Source of the DNA: Heteronotia binoei
Taxonomy: Eukaryota
Reading direction: 5' to 3'
DNA length: 64,000 nt
Assembly: GCF_032191835.1 (NCBI RefSeq)
Contig: NC_083228.1
Coordinates: 53,382,001 to 53,446,000, forward strand
This document shows, in pieces, positions 21,337 to 33,989 of the stretch. Each line of letters starts with the position of its first letter. The stretch's first letter is position 1. The translations under genes and the position numbers were made by a program. A model generated the notes under the pieces. That model had not been told where the DNA came from, ran no database searches, and saw only the letters and a program-made list of their open reading frames with translations.

Positions 21337-22183
21337 CCACAGGAGGTGGTAGCAGCAACAAGCACAGACAGCTTCAAGAGGGGATTGGATAAACATATGG
21401 CGCAGAGGTCCATCAGTGGCTATTAGCCACAAGGTATAGATGGAACTCTCTGTCTGGGGCAAGTGATGTTCTGTATTTTTGGTGCTTGGTGGGGGGCAAC
21501 AGTGGGAGGGCTTCTAGTGTCCTGGCCCCACTACTGGACCTCCTGATAGCCCCTAGTTTTTGGGCCACTGTGTTTTTGCGCCACCTTCATCACTTTCGGG
21601 GTGTGGATCCCCCAGTGGGGTGGGCTCCCGCTGAAGCAGCCTGTCACTAATAACACAGGTCGAGATGCAGGACAGGAACCCGGAAGTGACCGACAGGCTG
21701 CTTCAGCGGGCTGCCGCGCCGGCCCCCTGGGTCCCACAACGATGGGACTGATGCCACAGGGACGGGCTCGAAACACTCTATAACCCCTCAAAAGAACAGC
21801 AGTCTAGCTCGCTTCCCCCGAGCCCTGCTGCCATAAGCCTCAAGGGGGGAGGGTGGCACCCGCACGGGACACATATCAAATGAAAGAGGGGGCGCAGGGC
21901 TATCAGAAACAGCCGGCGGAGGGAGTCGGGAGCCCACCCCACTGGGGGATCCACACCCCGAAAGCGATGAAGGTGGTGCAAAAACACAGTGGCCCAAAAA
22001 CTAGGGGCTATCAGGAGGTCCAGTAGTGGGGCCAGGACACTAGAAGCCCTCCCACTGTTGCCCCAGACAGAGAGTTCCATCTATACCTTGTGGCTAATAG
22101 CCACTGATGGACCTCTGCGCCATATGTTTATCCAATCCCCTCTTGAAGCTGTCTGTGCTTGTTGCTGCTACCACCTCCTGTGG
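21337..22183. repeat. Long inverted repeat: arms 21337-21630 and 21927-22183 with a 296-bp spacer
   Basis: Arms are reverse complements with 2 substitutions and one 37-bp deletion. Each arm is CR1 3' sequence plus ~57 bp of non-CR1 sequence. The right arm continues as ordinary CR1 to ~22300. Confidence 0.93.
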
Positions 22184-22739
22184 CAGTGAATTCCATGTGT
22201 TAATCACCTTTTGAGTGAAGAAGAACTTCTGTTTATCCGTTGCTCAGCAATTTAATTGAGTGTCCATTGAGAAAGGAAGAAAAGTACTTCTTTCTCTACA
22301 AGATGTGTACAGTGTCTCTGCTCTAGTGTCCTCCTACAGTGTACCACTTTCCCACCATCTAAAGCAGAGATGCTTCTAATATAGGTTTAAAGATTAAGGG
22401 ACATCTTATGGAATAGTCAGTAGATGGGGGAATTTTTACATCAATACCACCTTTGCAAATGGTCCCTTAGCTGCATTCATACATAACAGCAAAGCATGGT
22501 TGAGTCTGTCCTTGAGGAACAGCTCTTTTTTATTCCAAATGACAGCCAGGATTTCTGTAATTCTGCTTCACTACACTGTACTAATAGTGTAGGCATAACT
22601 CTCTTGGAGAACTTCCCCTGGAATCTCACTGGAATCTGACTGGCTTCTCAGCGTGGAACCCGTTCTCTCTAGTCTTCTCACTTTGAAAAAAGTAAAAAAA
22701 GAGTTTTATTTAACTTTATTTCCCCCTTTCCCTCTCTAT

Positions 22740-23066
22740 AAATAATCTTGGTGTTTTCGGCGGTGATATTTGGGGGATTTTGGGGGACATCACAGGAAGT
22801 GCTGTGAAGTCACTTCCTGTTTCCAGCAGTGGCATTTGGGGGAAATGATGTCACAGGAAGTGATGTCACTTCCTGCTTCCGGCAGGTGGTGCGGGGGGGG
22901 ATGATGTCGCAGGAAGTGATGTCACTTCCTGCTTCCGGCGGTGGCATGACGTCGCCGGAAGTGACGTCACTTCCTGTTTCCGGCGGCGCGCACGCTGCGC
23001 GCGCACACACATCATTCCCCCCCTCAAGGTGTCCCTGGCTGGCCTGCAGATATTATGGTCACCTTA
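22740..23066. mobile_element. hAT-like MITE remnant carrying GGAAGTGAyGTCACTTCC palindromes
   Basis: Ends in TATGGTCACCTTA (cf. TAGGGTGACCA-type TIR); four palindromic units; left end not found. Confidence 0.6.
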
Positions 23067-25009
23067 CATGCAACTTTATTTGAAAACAGTGAAAACAGAG
23101 ACAAATTGGGCATCTGCTGGAATTTCTAACACCCCAAGATGGAATTTTGCCCTCCAGATGGAATTTGCCCTATGGTGTTTTCCACACAAGCAATGAGTAT
23201 GTGGTTTCCTGTGGCTTCTGTGGCTGTGATACAGCATGGTGGCAATGTGGCTTCCATGTGGCAGATTTCCCTGCATTTTCCCTGCCCCAGTCCCTCCATA
23301 GTGGCCAGTTTCCCTCTTTGAGTCACAAGGTACCTTTTTTAAAAGTAATAAATGATATGTTATAGTGTTGTGACAATTGGTCTACCCACAATGAAAGGGT
23401 CTAAAATATCTTTCTTTAAAAAAAAAAGAAAGCTGGTGATTTGGAGAAGCTGGTGGATAATGTTATAATGCTACAATGATATGTCAGTTGCCAGTTTAGA
23501 AAAGAAAAGTCCTCTGGTTGCAGGAGGGAATGTTCACTGCAGAGGACTGGTGATTAAGGACAATGGTGCCAATGTGGGTGGGAGGGAGAAGATCTGTTTC
23601 CCATCCATATGGGTGCCCTTTGGCTTTTCTGTGATCTTTGCTAAAACATGGCAGCAAAGTAAGTTTGGGAAAGATCAGGAAAGGCAGGGGAAACCTGGAA
23701 ATTGCACAGAAACACCATGATGCTGTGGGGAAGTGGAGGAAAACCTGCTTCACAATAGCATCCAAGCTGAATCAAACAACCCACACACAAGTGGTATCTG
23801 AAAAAATTAGTATGCTTTCAGAAGCTTATACCCTGAATAAAACTGGTTGGTCTTAAAAGTGCCATTAGACTCAAACTTTTTTCTACAAGTGACCTAAGCA
23901 AGAGTCAGGGACAAATAACTTCTGGGATTCGTATTTTCAAGGCTGAACAGCTGCAGTGAGTTCTCTGTGCTAGTAGCCCTAGCTGCCGCAACCTGAAATC
24001 TGTTTTGCATAATGTAACCGAAGCTCTCCTACTTAAAATACCTAGTCAAATACACCATTGTTTTTTTTTTAAAAAAAATGGCTGTACAGTTGCTGGTAGT
24101 CCCAAGTAGTCCCAAAGTTCAAGAAAAACAGAACAGGGAAATATCATTATTTTTTGTTGTTCTATGGCTTCCTATGAAGTCATTTCCTTGATGGCTTTTA
24201 GCCTTCCTTAGGACATGGGTAAAGTCAAACTGCACTTAAGCAAACTTCCTTTTTCCTGTAAATATTTATTAAAATATTTATTAAAATATTTACTGGAAGT
24301 TGCCTGCAGAAGGCATTTTTTTAAAGTTCAATTTGTGAGTTATTTCCTAGGATTGAGTTGAGTCGAAATGTTGGGACAAGGCAGAGAGAATCTTTGTCTC
24401 AGGTATTATGGCAGCCCTTGTCCACATGGATCCCACAAACCTGGGAATTAGCATTCTTGGGGTTAGTTGGAAAGTTCAATGAACATCAGCACTTGCCACT
24501 GATAGATCGCTGGATACAATCCATGGTGCTGCAGATCCTGCTTTTAAATTAATATAATATAGAATCCAAAACATGGTTTTTTTCAGCTCATGGTTCACAC
24601 CTGAAATAATTATTAGAATTTGCTTTGTATGATTTTGTCTGTGTGGAATCCCAACCCTGTTTAAAGAGACATTTGATAATCATATTTAATGTCTCCCAGA
24701 TCATTTAGATAAGTATGAATATACTGTACTATGGGGCAAAATGTCCAAAGAATTTCCCACATCTAGTTCTGTAACACTTTTTCTTTAATTTTCAGGTTAC
24801 ATGGACACTGTTACTCACATCTCTTACACTTGGGAAGCAGAGGTACCTAAGAGAACTGGAAATTCAGTAGAATGTGATTGCTAGTGAAAAGTATTAATAA
24901 GTATTTGTCCAGCACATAGCTTGAAAAATCAGGCTTGCTGAGTAGCTGTGACCTCACAACTCTGATTAGCAAGAGGGTGGGTGAAAATACTGTTCTTTCT
25001 GATTTCTTT

Positions 25010-25420
25010 TCTTTCTTTTTTTAAATTTCAAATGATTTTATTAATGAAAATTCTGAAAATGAACGTATCATAGATAAGTATAAAAGTTACATACATTAAT
25101 AAAAATAACCAATACATAACACACATTAAACATAGAAAATAAAGGAGAAAAACCAATAGTAGGCTTACATAGTTAAATATATTCAAGTAAATTATAGCCA
25201 CAAAAAATCTTTATATAATTTAGATTTGTTGTAAGAATTAATATAAAATGGATCACTATCAATTTTTTCTAAGATAGGGAACCAGGTCGCTATGTACTTG
25301 GAATAAGCCTGGTAGGGGTCGAAAGTGTCTAATGTCGCCTGGATTTTGTCTATCAGGAATGTAGTGAGAGAGCTGAAATAAAACTAGTCTAAGGGAAATA
25401 ACCCTCAAAATGGCCTAACT
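25010..25420 (-). mobile_element. L1/Tx1-like 3' fragment
   Basis: Minus-strand LDTFDPYQAYSKYIATWFPILEKLI resembles an L1-clade ORF2 C-terminus, followed by an AT-rich UTR and an A-rich tail. Confidence 0.45.
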
Positions 25421-26800
25421 ACAACAGGTTATCCCCAAATCAGGTTAGAGACATGTTTGGAAGTTCTGAGCTGGACAAATAGCAGCCCCTGAGACCATTT
25501 CAGGTCTCACCTACCCACCTACTTTTTGATTAAATTACTAGAATCAATTTTGGAAAAGAATTGTTTCAGGTTTGGAACATCTTTTTTTCTATAAACATGT
25601 GGGATTGCCATGGGAAGTCCAGTAGCCCCTGATTTAGCCAATCTGTTCATGGATTTTTTGAACAATATATTTTTTTCTGACACCAATCCCTTTAAACAAC
25701 ATATTCAAATGTTATATAGACAACATATTTTGCCTTTTTACAGCATCCAACAAAATTAATGATTTTAAAAGGTGGCGGAACTCTTTACATTCCACAATAA
25801 AATTTGACTTCCATTTTCATAATGAGCAAGTGAGTTTTCCGGATACCATAGTATACAAACAGGATACTGGCCATTTAGCAGTCAAAGTATTTCATAAACC
25901 CAGTGACAGAAACTCCACTCTACATTTTTCTTCACATCATCCATACCATTTGAAAACAGCATTGCCTCTAGGGCAGTTTATTAGAATTAAGAAGAATTCT
26001 ACAACTGAACAAGATTGTATCAAGGATTCTCAGGCTCTGGAAATAAAGCTCAGGAACAGGGGCTATCCCAATAATATTGTGCAAAAATACAAAAAGGGAA
26101 GTTGAACACAGGGACAGGAGGCAGTTGTTACAATATAAACCAAAAACTGAAATCAGACAAGATAACATGTGCCTTTCAGTTTTTAGGACTTTCTTATGAT
26201 ATCAACAAAATAATAAGGAAACACTGGCACATTATCTCACATCTACCAGAGTGTAAAATGGACCTGGAATTGGATTGAGGCATAGAAAGAATAATAATAA
26301 TAATAAAAAAAAATAATTAGTGAAAGCAGACATCTCAAGTCAAACAAAAGATCAGGTAACTAGTGTAAAAGGCAACATTAGATGTGGACACTGCAAAGCA
26401 TGCAAAGTTATACTTGAGGGTGATAGTTTTACTGATCCAACTAAAGGCATAAATTTAACATTTTCTTTCCTAGCTTCATGTGCAACCAAACAAGTCATTT
26501 ATTTGTTGGTCTGCCCCATGGATTCCTGTGCACAGGAATTTCCACATGCATAATGCAAGCACAGGTGTTAGAACACCAGTCATGGGTTTGTAATCAAGTC
26601 AAAGATGTCCCCATCTTTGTGGAACATTATATAAAAGCTGGACACACTGCAGATGACATGAAATTCTGTGTGATATACACACATAAGACTAGACAATACA
26701 GTTGGGAAAGTGTCTCTAAGGCTTTATTGCAGAAAAAAACAGAATTTATTTTTAAATTAAGAGCTTTCTCCCCTCTGGGCTTGAATTAATGTTTGAACTT
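25420..26800 (+). mobile_element. Penelope-like element, decayed RT plus GIY-YIG region
   Basis: LLESILEKNCFRF...GIAMGSPVAPDLANLFM; FHKPSDRNSTLHFSSHHP; RGYP; CGHCKAC; VIYLLVCP; EHY. Multiple frameshifts and stops. Confidence 0.85.
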
Positions 26801-27850
26801 TACACCATTCCTGTTAAAACAAAACAAGCATCAAGTAGATCTGTAGTGAATATTCTGAAATTTAGTAAGTCACTTTAAATTGCTACACCTGCATGCAGTC
26901 AGGAAGGCAGCCTTTATATAAAGAGAGATATACAATAGTTCCTTGAGAGCCCACTCTGTCTTTACAAAGAATGAGCTAGAGCCTTGTGAGGAAGAGACAG
27001 GATTTTGGGGGTAAGGATGAATAATATGTAACTTTTATTAAAGGTGTATAACTTTAATTATATTTTTTGCAATATTGAATGTTGTGTATTTTTTACACAG
27101 TTCCACTTAAAAGCCATCAGTCTTGATAAAGGCAATGAAACATTTGACACCGGCTAATGCAGACTGGCTTTATGTGAATGAACTTATTCTTTATCCCAAC
27201 ACCTCATTGAAACAATAGTGGACTGGCAGTGCATGACTGTGAAGTGGGATAATTTGTTTGATAAAGTGCATGTGTGCACTCTTGATGAAAGAATCCATTA
27301 CAGACTGTTTTCTAACATTTTGGTTTATGAGTCACATGCAGATTCTCAGCCCATAAAAAGTGCCTGTGTGCACTCTGATTTATTCTACTGCGGACTGTTT
27401 GGATTCATTTAAGTGCAGACTATTTGGGAAAAGAAGCTATTTTAAAGTGCCTGCATGCACTTTTATGTAATTTATTGTAGTCTTTTAAAAGGCAGAGGCA
27501 TTGGAATGTTAAAGTGCCCGCATGCACACTTATAGTTCTCATTATTGACTGTTTAGAAGTAGAGGCTACTTAGAAGTAGAGACCACAGGTTTTTCTCTTA
27601 ACTCCATTTTCTTGTAATAATTTTTTTATAGTATAGTGTTTATTGTTTCACCCTGATGTTTGTTCTATTATAACCATTTCAGGTTGGGCAAATGGCTGGG
27701 GAAAGGTCCAAATCCCCTGTGCAGAACCACATGCTCATCTCTAGTGTGAACAGCAAGTATGGGGATTAATGGCTGAGGAAGGCAATAGTGGCAGGAGTCT
27801 CTGAGAAGGTGATGCTACTTGCATGGTCATCATGATAACAAAAGCTAACA

Positions 27851-30800
27851 AAAGATGGCAGCGACGGTCGAAGCCTAGGTGCTAGGGCTTCCATCCGTTA
27901 ATAGCTATAGTCGCCATAAACAACAAAATTGAAACCAAACCAACGAGTGAACGAACATCAACATCAACATCTACAACATCTACAAAATACCATCCAGAAT
28001 TAACTCACGCCGATGACTACTGGGCCCTGCAGAGAGATCGGGAATGCTACCGCCAGCTGGGCCAACGCTGAAGTGGATGCGGGGCGCAGCCGCGGGCTGG
28101 AGTACGAGAGAGCCTGGGTGGCACTGGGGAAGGGGGTGTGGAGCAATGTGGTGTGGCGGAGCAATGAGAGTGCGTGTGTGCGACGAGCATGCTGTGTAGC
28201 AGGGACCGGAGGCTGCCACGATGGAAGCTGGCGAACCGTGGGTGCAGTGAGCGGTCGGAGGGGTGAGTTGGTCCCGGGACGTCGGTCTCGGAGGGCACCT
28301 CCAACTTTCATCTTTCCCCCTCATCCTTCCGCCTGTGGCTGCTAGTTGGGGTGTGGCTGAGCCGGCAGCTGGGAACTCCCCGACTGGGAGGCCTGTGCGG
28401 GCCTTGAGTGACACGGGGAGGCCCAGAGTGTGCGGGTGATCCACGGAAAGACCAGAAGCGGTGCCACGGGGCTGTGATCTTCCAGGCTGAGGCTACAGGG
28501 GCTAACTTGAACAGCTGGGAGGACACAGGGGAGGTCTCACCCCCCTCAGGTCACCTAAGCTGTGAGTACTATCAGGCCCTCAAGGAAGTCACGCTCATAT
28601 GAACTGCACCGCACCTTGCGAATTGCACTGCACTTTGAGAACTGCACCACACTTTGAGAGCGCAGTCTGAGAACAACTGTGACTATTTATAAGCACTGCA
28701 CTTTAAAACAACATTTTAAGATCAATACATGTTATCTACCTCCTGATTTAATATCCTGGTCTTCCACTCCACCGAACTAAAGACTCTGCTGATCACTAAT
28801 TGGAATATATTATTAATTAATTTGATTAGATATTAACTGATTGATTAGTAATTGGATTGTTATTATATATTGGAATAGATATATTTATATATTTATATTT
28901 TTAGCAGATTGGGAAATTATAAGGGGGGATTGTTTATTAATGTGCTAGAAATGGAATTAAATTAACTTGACTAATCAATTAGAGGGAGAAGTAGGGTGGG
29001 TTCTTTAAATTAATTAATTTGATTTAATACATAGTGAGTCAGACAATAAGGGGGTTGAAGCGGATGGTGAGGCAGGAACTCAAGCTGCAGACTGAGAATC
29101 TGGATGGGAGGGTGGAGACTGTCCGGGATTAGTAAAACCATACCGGGAATAGGTGTGGATGCTTGGCCAGGAGATTCCAGTGCTCCTGGGGAGGGGAAGG
29201 TATGACGGTGGGAATAGACAGAAGTGTAATGGAAGGAGGTGGAGACAAAACAGTGCTTGGCCCCCTTCCAGTCTACTTCCCATCCCAACGATGACAGGTA
29301 GTGGGGCCAAGAGGAAGTGCCCGTTTCCGTCATTGGTGTTATGCAACGCCAGGTCCGTGAATAATAAGACCTCAACCCTTAGGGAGTTCCTGCTTCGGCA
29401 GGATGTGGACATGGCTTGCATGACCGAGACTTGGGTGCGAGATGGGGAGACGGTGGCTCTTTTCCAAATGACCCCCCCTGGGCTACTTGGTCTTTCATCA
29501 ATCGCAGACTAGCGGGTGAGGGGAAGGGGTGGCGTTATTCATATGGGAGGGTTACTCCTTCCGGGCTCTCCCGGCTCCAATGATCGAGGGTATTGAATGT
29601 GCTGGTCTAGCGTGGGATGTTGGAGAGGGGTTGGCAATCTGGCTGGTGTACCGTCCGCCTAACGCACCAGCCAGTGCCTTACTATCCCTGATGGAGGCGG
29701 TGGCAGGCTGGGCATTGGAGTACCCAGGGCTTATGGTCCTGGGTGATTTCAACGTCCATGCTGATGACACGGCCTCCAATCAGGCGATGGATCTGGTGTC
29801 ATCCATGGCGACTCTGGGACTCTGTCAATTTGTCACGACACCCACGCATCAGGCTGGACACACGTTAGACCTGGTCTTTGCGTCCGGGATTTTGGTGAAC
29901 AATATCGCAGTAGACGCGGTACCATGGTCGGATCACCTAGCCCTCAAAGCCCATATGGAGACGCCGCCTCAACCCTGTATGGGCGGAGAGCCTATTTTGG
30001 CTCGCCCACGGAGCCTAATGGACCCGGAACGGTTCCAAATGGCCCTGCAGGACCCCTGGACCCCTGGCAATTCCCTTGATGACCTGGTGGAGGCCTGGCA
30101 AAACCGGCTATCCAGGGCAATCAATGAGATCGCACCTCGACGTCCTCTGCGCTCTTGTGTAAGGCTGGCTCCATGGTACACCTTGGAGTTACGTCAGCTG
30201 AAACAAGGGCTCAGACGACTATAGAGGCAGTGGCGGCATACTCGTGACAAAGCAACGAGAACATTCTACAGAACGTTTATGAGGTCTTATGAGATGGTAG
30301 TCAAGGCCGTGAAGAAAGCTTACTTTGTGGCCAGGATTGCATCTGCAAATTCACGCCCAGCACAATTGTTTAGAATAATTGGAAGTCTTACTACACTGCC
30401 TCAAGGCAGACCAAATGTGAGAGAATTAGAGATAGGCTGTGAGGCTTTTGCGAAATATTTTGCAGATAAAATCACGTCGCTCCGCCAGGACCTGCCTATC
30501 ACATTGGATACAGTACAGGAACTTGAGGCTCCATGCCTGTCTTCCGATTTCATTCTGGATCGCTTCGACCCACTCAGCCTGGAGGAAGTTGACGGAATTC
30601 TCTTTTCCGCACGCCCAACAACTTGTGATTTGGACCCTTGCCCCTCTTGGCTGATTAAATCTTGCCAAAGGGAGCTTAGATGTCCTTTATGGGACATCAT
30701 AAATAGATCCCTCTCTGAGGGGTGCTTTCCAACACCCTTGAAAGAGGCTATGGTCCGCCCCCTCCTGAAAAAATGTACAGCAGACCCGGCCGAATTGGCA

Positions 30801-32333
30801 AATTACCGACCGGTCTCTAATTTACCGTTCCTTGGTAAAATTATTGAGAGGGCAGTGGCATTGTAGTTGCAGGGTTTTCTGGATGACGCTTCCATCCTAG
30901 ACCCTTGCCAGTCCGGCTTTCGCCCAGGTCATGGGACAGAGACAGTGCTGGTCGCCTTGGTAGATGACCTCCAGCGGCATCTCGACCAAGGCGGCGTGGC
31001 GATGCTGATGCTATTAGATCTGTCGGCCACATTCGATACGGTCGACCATCAGTTACTGACCTGCCGCCTCGCCGACATAGGGGTTAGGGGGTTAGCCCTA
31101 CAATGGCTTTCCTCCTTCCTCAAGGGACGGGGACAAAGGGTGGCAATCGGGGGTGAGCTGTCCCAGAGGCACACACTAGATTGTGGGGTGCCGCAGGGAG
31201 CAGTTCTCTCCCCGATGCTATTTAACATCTATATGCGCCCCCTTGTCCAGATTGCCCAGAGGTATGGGCTTGGGTGTCACCAATATGCAGATGACACCCA
31301 GCTCTATCTGCTAATGGATGGCCGGCCTGGCTGCATTCCAGGGAATTTGGACCTGGCATTGCAGGCCATGGCAACCTGGCTTAGACTGAGTGGGCTGAAG
31401 TTGAACCTGACGAAGACAGAGGTCCTTTGCGTGGGCCACGGTGCCCTATGGAGAGAAATACCTCTCCCGGTTTTTTATGATGTATTGCTGAAAGCGGCGC
31501 ACCGGGTCAAGAGCTTAGGAGTTCTACTGGAGCCTTCATTATCAATGGAGGCCCAGATAGCAGCCACTGCCAAGTCGGCGTTTTTTCACCTGAAGTGGGC
31601 AAGGCAGTTGGCTCCCTTCCTGGAGCGCCGGGACCTAGCAACAGTGATTCATGCAACGGTCACCTCAAGATTGGATTACTGTAATGCCCTCTACATGGGG
31701 CTGCCTCTGTGCCAAACCGGGAGGTTGCAGCTTGTGCAGAATGCGGCAGCTAGGCTGCTATTGGGGCTCCCGAAATCAGAGCACATACAGTCGAGGCTAA
31801 GCGGACTGCACTGGTTGCCAGTTACTTACCGGGTTTGTTACAAAGTGCTGGTTATTATTTTTAAAGCCCTATATGGCTGAGAACCTGCCTACCTGAGGGA
31901 CCGTCTTTCCCCATATGAACCCCAGAGAGCACTGAGGTCAGCAGGGAAGAGCCAGCTTATCCCTGGACCAAAGGAGGCAAAACTACAAAATACTCGCACA
32001 CGGGCCTTCTCTATCGCAACTCCACACCTATGGAACCAGCTCGTGGAAGAAGTGTGAGCCCTGCGTAGCCTTGACCAGTTCCGCAGGGCCTGCAAGACCA
32101 CCCTTCTCAGGATGGCCTTTGCCGGCTGAGCGACTGATGTTGGGTGTCTTCTGTCACCATTATCTTATGAACAGAATTAGCACCTGGAATTTATTTGTAT
32201 TTATTTGTATTTGTATTTGGTTTAAATTGGAATGTTTTAAAATTAATGTGATTTTAAACCTTTGTATAATTATATGAATATGCTGTTAGCTGCCCTGAGC
32301 CTGCTTCGGCGGGAAGGGCGGGATATAAATAAA

Positions 32334-32365
<32 letters not shown>
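27851..32365 (+). mobile_element. Near full-length L2-clade LINE (APE + RT), disabled
   Basis: APE motifs CNARS, TETW, VYRPP, GDFNVH, TLDL, SDH; RT motifs QSGFR, LLDLSATFDTVDH, GVPQGAVLSP, YADDTQLY. In-frame stops at 29517, 30222, 30864 and 31878 and a frameshift near 29480. (TTA)n tail at 32335-32365. 5' boundary approximate. Confidence 0.92.
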
Positions 32366-32389
32366 GATACAATTGGAAGAAAAATTATT

Positions 32390-33745
32390 TCATAGAATCA
32401 TAAAATCATACAGTTGAAAGGGACCTCTGGGGTCATCTAGTCCAACCCTTCACAATGCAGGAAACTCACAAACACTTCCCCCTAAATTCACAGGATCTTT
32501 GTTGCTGTCAGATGGCCATCTAGCCTCTGTTTAAAAACCTCCAAGGAAGGAGAGCCCACCACCTCCCGAGGAAGCCTGTTCCACTGAGGAATCGCTCTAA
32601 CGGTCAGAAAGTTCTTCCTAATGTTGAGCTGGAAACTCTTTTGATTTAATTTCAACCCATTGGTTCTGGTCCTACCTTCCGGGGCCTCAGAAAACAATCC
32701 CACACCATCCTCTATATGACAGCCCTTCAAGTACTTGAAGATGGTGATCATATCACCTCTCAACCACCTCTTCTCCAGGCTAAACATTCCCAGCTCCTTC
32801 AACCTTTCCTCATAGGACTTGGTCTCCAGACCCCACACCATCTTTGTTGCCCTCCTCTGGACCCGTTCCAGCTTGTCTATATCCTTCTTAAAATGTGGTA
32901 CCTAAAACTGAACACAATACTCCAGGTGAGGTCTTACCAGAGCAGAGTAAAGCGATACCATCACTTCACATGATCTGGACACTATACTTCTGTTGATACA
33001 GCCCAAAATTGCATTTGCCTTTTTAGCCACCACATCACACTGTTGACTCATGTTCAGTGTACGATCCACTAAGACCCCTAGATCCTTTTAGCACATATTA
33101 CTGCTAAGACAAGTCTCCCCCATCCTATAACCATGCATTGGATTTCTCCTACCTAAATGCAGAACTTTACATTTATCCCTGTTAAAATTCATTTTATTGA
33201 TTTTAGCCCAGTTTTCCAGCTTGTCAAGGTCATTCTATATCCTGTTTCTGTCTTCTTCTGTGTTTGCAACCCCTCCCAATTTAGTATCATCTGCAAATTT
33301 AATAAGCATTTCCTCTATTCCTTCATCCAAATCATTTATAAAGATGTTGAACAATACAGGTCCCAGGACAGATCCTTGAGGCACTCCACTTGTCACTCCT
33401 CTCCAAGAAGATGAGGAACCATTCACAAGCACTCTTTGGATGCGATCTGTCAACCAGTTACAGATCCACCTAACGCTAACAGGATCCAAACCAACTTGTC
33501 AACAAGGATAGTATGTGGAATTTTATCAAAAGCCTTACTGAAATCAAGATAAACAATGTCTACAGCATTCCAGTGATCCAGCAAGGTAGTCACTTTATCA
33601 AAAAAAAAGAGATCAGGTTAGTCTGGCATGACTTGTTCTTGAGAAACCCATGCTGGCTCTTAGTAATCACATCCATTCTTTCTAAATGTTCCAGGACTGA
33701 CTGTTTGATGATTTGTTCTAAAACTTTTCCAGGTATAGATGTCAA
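32390..33745 (-). mobile_element. CR1 LINE, 5'-truncated
   Basis: [22 protein letters not shown]...KFADDTKL; YEERLKELGMFSLEKR; tail seen as CATAGAATCATAAAATCATA on the plus strand. Confidence 0.92.
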
Positions 33746-33989
33746 GCTGATCTCTTCATAGAGATTAGGGTATTTAAAACTTTTTTTCTTACACTGGAAG
33801 TTAAGGAGTCAGAGAGAATATTTGACATACTGTCAAATGAGTCTTGAGAGTTCTTACACATACCTCCCAGGAGTACCATCACAGCACTTTTCATCCCAAC
33901 CGCCTGCAGCCTCACTGTAAGGACAGAGGGACACATTTGCCACCCTTGGGGGAAGAGAGGAAGACTGACAGCCCAATGGGCTTGTGCTT

